From contig JAEOTS010000010.1 in the NCBI GenBank assembly GCA_016839745.1, positions 1-33,352 on the forward strand: a stretch of 33,352 nt of DNA, read 5' to 3'. Position 1 is the stretch's first letter. Every line of letters starts with the position of its first letter. The stretch comes from Promethearchaeota archaeon (lineage in GTDB: Archaea > Asgardarchaeota > Lokiarchaeia > Sigyniarchaeales > SOKP01). Both the position numbers and the translations under genes were made by a program. The notes beneath the pieces are model-generated. The model searched no databases and had not been told where the DNA came from. It was given only the letters and a program-made list of their open reading frames with translations. Below are positions 1 through 8,534 of the stretch, one piece after another.

Positions 1-795
1 CCGGGTTGTTTAATTGGAACAGTAATTACATCAATTACAAACTGTCTAAAAGAAAGAGGCCTCACTTCTAAAGATTATGCCATTGTATCTGGCATAGGAT
101 GTACTGGTCGATCTAGTGGCTGTTTTAAAGCACCTGCCTTCCATACTACACATGGGAGAGCCATACCTTTTGCAACAGGTATAAAATTAGCAAATCCTAA
201 ATTAAAGGTCATAGTTCTATCGGGAGATGGAGACCTTTTTGCTATTGGTGGGAATCATTTTATCCACGCGGCTAGAAGAAATATAGAGCTAACTGTTCTC
301 TGCATAAATAATAATATATATGGCATGACGGGTGGGCAAGTAGCCCCTACAAGTCAGATTGGCGACATTACTGCAACAACACCATATGGAAATGTGGAAC
401 CTCCCTTTAATTTGGTAAGTCTGGCAGCTGCGTCAGGAGCGACATATGTTGCTAGATGGCCTGCATATGACACACTTAGATTACAAAAAAGTATTTTAAA
501 ATGTATAGATAATCAAGGATTTAGTTTTATAGAAGTACTTGCTCCTTGTTTTGTCCAATATGGGTCTAAAAATAAATTAGGCGATGCTGTAGAAATGTTA
601 GAATGGTTAAAAAAGCAAATTAGGATTAAGCTTGATTGGCCCCCTCATCAGGCAACTTTTGATTTTAAGAAAGGGATTATTATTTGTGGAGAATTTGTAG
701 AAGAGGAGCGAGAAGGATTTAGCAAAAAAATAGAGCAAGTTCGAATTAATGCACAAAATAAGAAAATAGTAAGAGAAATTAAAGATAGTGACTGA
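1..795 (+). CDS. korB: 2-oxoacid:ferredoxin oxidoreductase beta subunit (KorB-like), 5'-partial
   Basis: Frame 1 is open from base 1: PGC (end of the CPGC motif), SGIGC, HTTHGRA, the TPP motif SGDGDLFAIGGNH...NNNIYGMTGGQ, and EVLAPC. The ORF track start at 325 is internal. Confidence 0.93.
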   Translation, partial: PGCLIGTVITSITNCLKERGLTSKDYAIVSGIGCTGRSSGCFKAPAFHTTHGRAIPFATGIKLANPKLKVIVLSGDGDLFAIGGNHFIHAARRNIELTVLCINNNIYGMTGGQVAPTSQIGDITATTPYGNVEPPFNLVSLAAASGATYVARWPAYDTLRLQKSILKCIDNQGFSFIEVLAPCFVQYGSKNKLGDAVEMLEWLKKQIRIKLDWPPHQATFDFKKGIIICGEFVEEEREGFSKKIEQVRINAQNKKIVREIKDSD

Positions 796-799
796 ACAT

Positions 800-3151
800 A
801 TGACTGAAAGTGATAATACACCTGATATCGAACCTAATATCGGAGTTTTCCTATGTAAATGCGGTAAAAATATCGGTGGAACTGTTGATATTGATCAATT
901 AGCTAGGGAAATTGAAAAAGATACAAGAGTCAAACTAGTTCAAGTTAATACCTATACTTGTTCTGATCCCGGGCAAGTAGAAATCGAAACAGCAATTAAA
1001 GAGCAAGGTGTAGAGAAGATAGTTGTAGCAGCATGTTCCCCGAGATTGCATGGACCAACCTGGAAAAAGCTTTTAAGACGAGTTGGAATAAATCCTTCGC
1101 TAGTAGAAGTTGCTAATCTCCGAGAACAGTGTAGTTGGGTACATCTTTCAGAGAAAGAAGAAGCGACTAAAAAGGCAAAAGAAATCCTTGAAATGGCAAT
1201 CGCTAAAGCTGAGTTATTAGAAGCAATTGATGATATTGTTGTTCCCATTACACGAAGAGTTTTAATTATTGGAGGAGGAGTAGCAGGAATTCAGGCTGCA
1301 TTAGATTTAGCTGATGAATTTGAAGTTATTCTTGTTGAAAAATCACCTACTATTGGAGGAAAGATGGCTCTCATCGATAAGACTTTTCCAACTATGGATT
1401 GTTCAATCTGTATTTTAGGTCCCAAAATGGCTGATGTAGGTAATCATGAAAATATTAATTTAATTTCCTGTGCTGAAGTTACAAATATATCTGGATATAT
1501 TGGTAATTTTGAGATAACAATTAAAAAACATCCCCGCTATGTAGATGAAAACCTTTGTACTGCATGTGGGGATTGCGTTTCAATCTGCCCTGAAAACGTT
1601 ATTGATGAGTACTCTGGCAACTTAGGTTGGAGGAAAGCAATATATATCCCTTATCCTCAAGCAGTACCAGCTTGTTATATAATCGATGAAAAGAGCTGTT
1701 TAGGGCTTTCTCCTTTAGCTTGTGGAAAATGTGTTCCTGAATGCGAAAAAGAAGCTATAATTTATGAGGACTCCGAAAAAACCTTTAATTTTAAAGTTGG
1801 AGCTATTATTATCGCAGTAGGCTTTGAACTTTTTGATGCCTCTAAACTCCCAGAATATGGATGGAATAATTATTCTAACGTTATAACAACCTTTGAATTT
1901 GAAAGGTTAATTAATGCTGCAGGACCTACAAACGGAGAACTTGTACGTCCCAGTGATCTAAAGAAACCAAAAAAAGTTGCTTTTATCAATTGTGTAGGAT
2001 CGCGTGATAAACGATTCAATCCATACTGTTCTAACTTCTGTTGCATGGAAAGTATAAAGGATAGCCTTTTGATAAAAGAGCATTGGCCTGACGTTGAGGT
2101 TACTATATTTTTTATTGATATTAGGGCTTTTGGTAAAGGATTTGAAGAATTATATTCACGTTCAAGAGAAGAAGGTGTTCTTTTTATACGTGGACGCCCT
2201 GGTCAAATTAAGGAAAATCCTATAACTAAAAATCTTAAAGTGAATGTTGAAGATATAAGCACTGGAACAATCCTCTCTGAAGAATTTGACTTAGTAGTCC
2301 TTTCTATAGGAGTGGAAGGCTCATCCGAATCTATTCCTTTTCCTGTTGCCAAGGATTCAAAAGGATTTTATATTGAAGCACATCCTAAACTTCGTCCAGT
2401 GGATACTCCGACTGATGGTATTTTCATTGCTGGGGGAGCAGAATCGCCAAAAGATATTAGGGAAACAGTTACACAAGCTAGTGCTGCAGCAGGACGCTGT
2501 GGAAATCTGCTTTCAGAAGATGAGTTCCATGTAGAACCTTTATATGCATTTGTAGATATAGAAAAATGTACTAGTTGTGGAACTTGTGTATCTCGTTGTC
2601 CTTACGGAGCTATTAGTGTTGATCGAGAAAAAAAATCACCAGCCCGAATCATTCCAGTATTATGTAAAGGTTGTGGTACATGTGCTGCAGATTGCCCTAC
2701 AGATGCTATAACTATGACAAATTTTACAGATGCTATGATCCTTAGACAAATTGATATAGCTCTTCGTGAAAATGCTTCAAAAAAAGTATTGGTCTTCGCT
2801 TGTAATTGGTGCTCATATGCGGGAGCTGATTTAGCTGGGACAAGTCGTATTCAATATCCAACTAATACGAGGATTGTTAGAACTATGTGTTCAGGACGCG
2901 TAAAAGTTTCCTTCATTAAGCACTGTTTTAACCATGGAGCTGGAGCTGTTATGTTGACTGGATGTCATCCACAAGATTGTCATTATATTTCTGGAAATGA
3001 CTTTGCCATAAAACGAGAAAAAAAAATTAGAAGTTGGATGAAGAAAAATAAAATTTCTGATGAGAGATTTGTCATTGAATGGATCTCTGCAGCAGAAGGA
3101 AAAAGATTTGCCGATGTTGTTTCGCAAGTAAGTAAAATTACTCTAAAATAA
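800..3151 (+). CDS. hdrA: Heterodisulfide reductase subunit A fused to a C-terminal MvhD (hydrogenase delta) domain
   Basis: HdrA motifs: FLCKCG, ACSPRLH, NLREQC, FAD motif IGGGVAG, KTFPTMDCSICIL, CVGSRD..YCSNFCC and CxxCxxCxxxCP ferredoxin motifs. MvhD motifs: CNWCSY, RTMCSGR, GCHPQDCHY, WISAAEG. Start is ATG 800 or GTG 788. Confidence 0.95.
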   Translation: MTESDNTPDIEPNIGVFLCKCGKNIGGTVDIDQLAREIEKDTRVKLVQVNTYTCSDPGQVEIETAIKEQGVEKIVVAACSPRLHGPTWKKLLRRVGINPSLVEVANLREQCSWVHLSEKEEATKKAKEILEMAIAKAELLEAIDDIVVPITRRVLIIGGGVAGIQAALDLADEFEVILVEKSPTIGGKMALIDKTFPTMDCSICILGPKMADVGNHENINLISCAEVTNISGYIGNFEITIKKHPRYVDENLCTACGDCVSICPENVIDEYSGNLGWRKAIYIPYPQAVPACYIIDEKSCLGLSPLACGKCVPECEKEAIIYEDSEKTFNFKVGAIIIAVGFELFDASKLPEYGWNNYSNVITTFEFERLINAAGPTNGELVRPSDLKKPKKVAFINCVGSRDKRFNPYCSNFCCMESIKDSLLIKEHWPDVEVTIFFIDIRAFGKGFEELYSRSREEGVLFIRGRPGQIKENPITKNLKVNVEDISTGTILSEEFDLVVLSIGVEGSSESIPFPVAKDSKGFYIEAHPKLRPVDTPTDGIFIAGGAESPKDIRETVTQASAAAGRCGNLLSEDEFHVEPLYAFVDIEKCTSCGTCVSRCPYGAISVDREKKSPARIIPVLCKGCGTCAADCPTDAITMTNFTDAMILRQIDIALRENASKKVLVFACNWCSYAGADLAGTSRIQYPTNTRIVRTMCSGRVKVSFIKHCFNHGAGAVMLTGCHPQDCHYISGNDFAIKREKKIRSWMKKNKISDERFVIEWISAAEGKRFADVVSQVSKITLK

Positions 3152-3321
3152 ATTTTCCTTTTTTGCTTTTCCTTAAATAATTTGAATTTTTAGATATTAA
3201 GGGGATTACTCTACTACAATTTTCAGATATTTTAATTAATCTTTTACAAGGATGTAAAAACTTTTATTCTAAATAATAATATATTTTATTACACCAATTT
3301 TAGAGTCGGGTGAAATTTGAA

Positions 3322-3630
3322 ATGTTGTTTATTATATATTATGAAATAGATCCAAATTTAGATCCAGCAGATATGCTAACTGCTTATCAAAAAGTTCAAG
3401 AAGCTGGAGTTGAATTGGAAAAATGGGAAACAACTGGCTGGTGGATAACTCCAGAAGATTGGGGTGTCGCTATAGTAGAAAGCGACAGCGTGGATGATAT
3501 GATGAAAAATGTCTATCAATGGAAATTAGCATTACCAGGCTTTTTTACTAAATATACTGTCTCCCCCGTTGCAGAAGTAGAACAGGCAGTTCCAATGCTA
3601 GCCAAAATCATAAGAAAATTTAGAAAATAA
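3322..3630 (+). CDS. Small hypothetical protein, DUF3303-like (ferredoxin-like/dimeric alpha-beta barrel)
   Basis: ~102 aa: MLFIIYYE...GWWITPEDWGVAIVESDS..W....VSPV pattern. GGGTG SD-like sequence precedes ATG 3322. The family call is from memory. Confidence 0.6.
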   Translation: MLFIIYYEIDPNLDPADMLTAYQKVQEAGVELEKWETTGWWITPEDWGVAIVESDSVDDMMKNVYQWKLALPGFFTKYTVSPVAEVEQAVPMLAKIIRKFRK

Positions 3631-3674
3631 TTTATTAACAAAGAAAATAATATTTGTTAGTACTTACTTCAAAT

Positions 3675-3700
3675 GTTATTTTTCCTTTTTTTTTATCCTT
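3675..3700 (+). terminator. T-rich archaeal terminator tract between convergent genes
   Basis: ttatttttccttttttttta lies downstream of the 3322-3630 CDS. Confidence 0.4.
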
Positions 3701-5142
3701 TATTTGCTCTTCTTTTTATCTAATTTTTCATTAAAATGTGAGATTTTAGATAATAACGGTAGAAATTCTTGTGGGTCTCCAAAAATGGGTACTTTGTTTT
3801 CTTTAACTTTAGTGAGAAATTCATTAATTGGTTTAGGACGAGTAAGATGCTGTGTAACTAAAATAAGTGGTTTATTGTGTTTGTGACCAAGAGCTAGACT
3901 ATCAAAAAAAATATTGAAAAATCCCTCGGGATCTTTTATCCTCGGAGGCAATGTAAGATAAAATCCAGGTAAATCTATAACGAGTCCATCGATGATATTA
4001 TCTGATAATACAAGATCAATAACTTCTTTAACAATATCAATAGCAAAGAATTGGGCGGCAAAATCGAGTGGATTATTAGGACTTGTGCCAGCCATAAAAA
4101 ACTTCTTTGAAATCTCGCTTTGCATCTCAGGGGAAAACGGAGGGACTTCTAATCCTAATGTTTCAATTAAATCGGCTAAAACAACCCCATAACCTCCGGA
4201 AATACTTATTATAGCTAGACTTCGTAGTTTAAAGACACCATAACAATCAATTAAACGAGCTGCATGAAGTAGCTGCTCTAAAGAATCAACTTCGATGATA
4301 TTATATTGGAGAAAGAAATTTTTCCAGATTTTATTATCACCTGATATTGAAGCTGTGTGAGTTTTAGCTGCAACAGCTCCTCTTTCGCTTTTTCCACCTT
4401 TTAGAACTATTATCGGTTTGGTGTTATTTCTAAGAATTGCTTTTAGGGTATTTATCCGACCTTCTTTAATTCCTTCGAGATAGCATAGAATAATTTCAGT
4501 TTCTGGATCTTCTATTAAAAAAGAGAGAAGGTCAACAAAATCTAGATCAGCGCCATTTCCAAACGAAAAAACTTTTGAAAAATTAATACCTAATTCTATA
4601 GAGGAATAGATAGCAATGTTGCATATTCCCCCAGATTGAGCAATAAATCCAATATTTCCGCGAATTGATGGGAACCCTGGACGCCAAGCGACCCCTATCT
4701 TAGGATAAAATAATCCTAATCCATTCGGCCCTAAAATTCTTACTTTATTTTTGGCTCTTCTTAGCAGTTCTTTTTCTAACTCAACACCTTTCTCTGTTCC
4801 GGCGTCTGAAAACTCTGATGTAAAAACCGTGACCAATTTTACTCCTTTTTCTACGCATTCATCCATCACTTCCAACACCTTCTTTGCTGGAATTGCGATA
4901 AATGCGAACTCTATTGCTTCTGGGATATCGAGGATTGAAGCATAAATATTTTCTTTCGGAAAATTTGGGATTTCTTCAGCATTAGGATGTACCGCGTATA
5001 TATTACCTTTAAACATATATTGGTGGTTTCTTAAAAAGAAATAATCTCTCTTTTTTGAGGCTCCTATAACCGCAATAGATCTAATATTGTTAATAAAAGA
5101 TACATCTTTTACATCGATGTCCTTATTCTCTATGTTCCCCAT
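3700..5142 (-). CDS. acdA: Acyl-CoA synthetase (ADP-forming) alpha subunit / CoA-binding protein
   Basis: IAVIGAS CoA-binding fold, RILGPNGLG, IAQSGG, SFGNGADL, YLEG, LKGG, phospho-His motif KTHTASISG, SISGG.G, NPLD. Confidence 0.88.
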   Translation of the reverse strand: MGNIENKDIDVKDVSFINNIRSIAVIGASKKRDYFFLRNHQYMFKGNIYAVHPNAEEIPNFPKENIYASILDIPEAIEFAFIAIPAKKVLEVMDECVEKGVKLVTVFTSEFSDAGTEKGVELEKELLRRAKNKVRILGPNGLGLFYPKIGVAWRPGFPSIRGNIGFIAQSGGICNIAIYSSIELGINFSKVFSFGNGADLDFVDLLSFLIEDPETEIILCYLEGIKEGRINTLKAILRNNTKPIIVLKGGKSERGAVAAKTHTASISGDNKIWKNFFLQYNIIEVDSLEQLLHAARLIDCYGVFKLRSLAIISISGGYGVVLADLIETLGLEVPPFSPEMQSEISKKFFMAGTSPNNPLDFAAQFFAIDIVKEVIDLVLSDNIIDGLVIDLPGFYLTLPPRIKDPEGFFNIFFDSLALGHKHNKPLILVTQHLTRPKPINEFLTKVKENKVPIFGDPQEFLPLLSKISHFNEKLDKKKSK

Positions 5143-5222
5143 TATTATTTTAAAATTAAAGATGAGATTAATAGTTTATAAAAAAAAAAAATAAAATGTA
5201 AAATAGAAAAAAGGTCTCAAAT

Positions 5223-5918
5223 CTAGCTTCTGAAAATTTCTTCGGACAGTTTCTGAATAAAATCGTCAAATTGTTCTGGGTGATATTCTACACCCAGAAA
5301 GGGTTTTATTAGTAATGGGATCTCAGAGGGGTTTACAAATACTGGCAGAAGTCTAATTCTTTCTTCTTGACTCAATTGTATTGCCGCTCCCCTCTCTAAT
5401 TTAACTGATTTTGAATCGTAAGAATGTTGAGAACAAAAGAGTACAAACACTTTTGACTTTTCTAGATTATCCTCCATATATTCTATAATATTTTGACCAC
5501 TATCTTTTTCCCAGTAATAAACATTAGATATTTCTGGATGACCTTCTAATTTTTTGGCAATCTCTTTAATTCTGAAGAAATCTGTATCTACAGTTGAATA
5601 GCTCAGAAAGATGTTAAAATCAAGTTTAGTTCCTGTTACTGCAGCTTTTACTATTCGAGCGAATTGTTGTACCCGAACGGTAGCTTCTCCTAATGCCTCT
5701 TGATTTCCGGTTTTTAAGAATTCACCTAGTTTTCCTAATACTTTTTCCATCAATTTTGCTTCTTCGATCAATACACGATTACTACTAGCTTTACACGCAT
5801 ATATCACATCGACTAACCAAAATAATTGGTCTCGAAATTGTCCCTGCGGAGGTCTTGTTTCTAATAATTTAGAAATTTTTTCCAGTGATTTGTCAGCCTG
5901 ATTTGAGTTCTCTTCCAT
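5223..5918 (-). CDS. TIR-domain protein with N-terminal helical domain
   Basis: The C-terminal ~130 aa carry IFLSYS, SKVFVLFCS..S..SKSVKLE (conserved TIR Glu position), LLPVF and IPLL. Confidence 0.85.
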   Translation of the reverse strand: MEENSNQADKSLEKISKLLETRPPQGQFRDQLFWLVDVIYACKASSNRVLIEEAKLMEKVLGKLGEFLKTGNQEALGEATVRVQQFARIVKAAVTGTKLDFNIFLSYSTVDTDFFRIKEIAKKLEGHPEISNVYYWEKDSGQNIIEYMEDNLEKSKVFVLFCSQHSYDSKSVKLERGAAIQLSQEERIRLLPVFVNPSEIPLLIKPFLGVEYHPEQFDDFIQKLSEEIFRS

Positions 5919-6019
5919 AATATATTAACTTTAATTAATAATTTAAGAGATTCAAAATTCTTAATTCATTTAAAAAATATATAGTTAATATTAAAAGGTT
6001 GATTATTCAATAACTGATC

Positions 6020-6940
6020 ATGATTACTAAGCCAATTTATCGCATGATTCGCGATTTGCATCTAGATAAAACATCTGGAGCGAGTGAATTAATTGATATT
6101 GCCTTAGATATATTAAAAATCCTGCTTGATTCCATAAAAGACCCACAAATGGATATTAAAGATGTCATACTTGAATTATCTCGTGAATTACTAAATGTAC
6201 GTCCCAGTATGGCACCTATTATCAACACTATAGGATATTTCCTTCATGATCTGGAGTCGTATACTAAAAAAGATCTTCTAGAAAGATTTACCGAATTTCC
6301 TCAATGGAGAGAACGAAGTAAAACCGCTTTATTATCGTCATTTCGTTCATTCTTGGATAATTATAGGGGAAAACGCCTTAATATTATGTTAATTTCTTAC
6401 AGCACGACAATTATTAAATGTCTAAAAGAAGAAAAAACAAGCGATTTTACTTTTTATGTTTTAGAGGCGCGCCCTTTACTTGAAGGACGTCGAACAGCAG
6501 AAATATTATCTTCAGATTATGAAACTCATCTAATTACAGATTCCTCAATGGGCAAGTTTATTAAATCTGTGGATATCGTACTTCTCGGGATTGATAGCAT
6601 ATTGCGAGACGGCTCGATTGTAAATAAAATAGGAAGTCATCCTTTAGCGTGTATAGCCGCGAATAACAACAAAAAAGTTTTTGCAGTTGGAGATTCTTAT
6701 AAATATAATCTAAAAAGTCATTATGGAAAAGAAATTATAGTCGAAGACAAGCCAATTTACGAGGTTTATAGTAAAAAGATTAAAAAACAATTATTACATG
6801 TTCATAATTATTATTTCGATATAACTCCTTCAAAATATCTAAGCGGCATAATCTCTGATTTAGGCACGTTAACAATACCTGAGTTCTTAGGAAAAGTAGT
6901 AAAAGTTATTCCATTGAACTGGTTTAAATCCTTTCTTTAA
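6020..6940 (+). CDS. eIF2B alpha/beta/delta family protein (aIF2B-like; R15P-isomerase/MtnA superfamily)
   Basis: D..SGASEL, RPSMA, EARPLLEG, LITDS, LLGIDSI..DG.IVNKIGS, NYYFDITP, IISDLG. Confidence 0.88.
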   Translation: MITKPIYRMIRDLHLDKTSGASELIDIALDILKILLDSIKDPQMDIKDVILELSRELLNVRPSMAPIINTIGYFLHDLESYTKKDLLERFTEFPQWRERSKTALLSSFRSFLDNYRGKRLNIMLISYSTTIIKCLKEEKTSDFTFYVLEARPLLEGRRTAEILSSDYETHLITDSSMGKFIKSVDIVLLGIDSILRDGSIVNKIGSHPLACIAANNNKKVFAVGDSYKYNLKSHYGKEIIVEDKPIYEVYSKKIKKQLLHVHNYYFDITPSKYLSGIISDLGTLTIPEFLGKVVKVIPLNWFKSFL

Positions 6941-6972
6941 TGTAAGGAGTGCTTAGGTTTGAATATGCTTAA

Positions 6973-8364
6973 TTATGTATCTACTTTTTCAGCCATATAA
7001 GACTTCAAAGCTTTAATCGCAATAGCGTATAGAGGTATGACTGATAATTCGATAAAGATTGAAATTACAAAAGGTGCAGTTGGACCAATACTATCATAAG
7101 CAAATCCTCCGATTATGGGACCTAAAACCGCACCGAGCAAACTTAACCACTGAGCCGCTCCAAAAACCTTTCCACGATGAATTTTTGATATGCGGCTAAG
7201 AATATTCTGTAAAATCAAGTTTCCTCCCCACGCAAAAGTTGAATCGAAGAGTAAAAGAAGTCCAAACATATAACCCGATGTTGAATTAATTATTAACCAT
7301 GTCACAAATGCACCTAGGCTACTCACAAAAGCCATTCCTAGTACAGGATTAATTTTATCAGCAATCTTGCCTAATTTAGGTGCTAATAAAAGTGAGATAA
7401 TTTGACTTGGGAAATAGATTATCATTACGAGCGTGGGATCTAAAACCTCTAATTCTTCGATTAAATATACTTGAAAGTAAGGATACGCTAACGATTGATT
7501 AATGTTGCTGGTCATAAAAGCAAGGACTAAAACGCTGAATCCGATAAAGAATCCAATTGCTAGATTATTTCTAGACTTCAAAAGAGTCTCAGATATGACT
7601 GGCTCCTTGGAGACTATACTTGATTCTACCGAAGAGGGAAATAAATTAAATATGTGCTTATCGAATGTTAATTTTTCGTCCACTTTCAAATTGAATACAA
7701 TTCCTCCAAAAATATTTGATGCGGCGAATATTAATAAAGGACTGTAAACTAAAAACAGATTCTCCGGAACAAACAAATTCGCTAACCAAAATATAATAAA
7801 ACTTATGATTGATCCAACCGCGTTTCCTTTACCTATCATTCCTCCACGTTTTCCGAAAGCGAATGAGCGATTAGCTTTATTTGATTTTTCCGAAATTAAT
7901 GTATCTAAAGGTGTCCAAAAAAAACCAACAAAAAAACCTAATACAAACATACCTGCAGTAAATAAAACAAAAGAGGAAACGAGAATTCCTATATACATAA
8001 GAATATAACAAGTACCACGTCCAAAGCTACCAATCAAGATTAACACTTTCTTTGAAACGCGGTCAGTCAAATAACCTACAATCGGCGCACTAAGCAACCC
8101 CCCGATCATTTGTATTGAAAAAGCAACACCTAATTCCGTTTTTGAAACTCCTAATAATTGAACTGTGACATAAGGTATTAAAAATGAAAAAAAGAAGAAC
8201 CCCATACTATTCCAAAAGATAATTTTTATCATTGGTATAAAGTCTGGAGTCATTTTTGCATTATTTTCATCCTCTTGTCCATTAGGCTTAATGTTGTCTA
8301 ATTTTAGCTCATTGGGAGTGCTAATCGTATCAGAATGATTTTCAATATTCGAATTTTTTACCAG
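6973..8364 (-). CDS. MFS transporter (start ATG 8253, or more likely upstream CTG 8364)
   Basis: About 12 hydrophobic segments; motif A GYLTDRVSKK and GKIADKINP. The frame stays open for 37 codons upstream of ATG 8253 to a CTG preceded by GGTG. Confidence 0.85.
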   Translation of the reverse strand: MVKNSNIENHSDTISTPNELKLDNIKPNGQEDENNAKMTPDFIPMIKIIFWNSMGFFFFSFLIPYVTVQLLGVSKTELGVAFSIQMIGGLLSAPIVGYLTDRVSKKVLILIGSFGRGTCYILMYIGILVSSFVLFTAGMFVLGFFVGFFWTPLDTLISEKSNKANRSFAFGKRGGMIGKGNAVGSIISFIIFWLANLFVPENLFLVYSPLLIFAASNIFGGIVFNLKVDEKLTFDKHIFNLFPSSVESSIVSKEPVISETLLKSRNNLAIGFFIGFSVLVLAFMTSNINQSLAYPYFQVYLIEELEVLDPTLVMIIYFPSQIISLLLAPKLGKIADKINPVLGMAFVSSLGAFVTWLIINSTSGYMFGLLLLFDSTFAWGGNLILQNILSRISKIHRGKVFGAAQWLSLLGAVLGPIIGGFAYDSIGPTAPFVISIFIELSVIPLYAIAIKALKSYMAEKVDT

Positions 8365-8534
8365 TTAGAAAGCACCATTTTTACTATTATATTTGAAAAA
8401 GAGCCATATCCTAAATACTTCATCATTTCAGCACAAAAAAGATGATTATCAATTAAAGTGAATAAACTTTTTTTGGTAGTTATACTAGTCTTATTACAAT
8501 TTGATATTTTGAAAATAAAAACGTGAAAATTCAA

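Noticed and set aside
800-3151. Selenocysteine recoding in HdrA/MvhD
   Set aside because: There is no in-frame TGA; all ligand positions are Cys codons.
3636-3659. TAACAAA...TTTGTTA hairpin as an ncRNA
   Set aside because: A 7-bp AT-rich stem is expected by chance; at most it is part of the terminator region.
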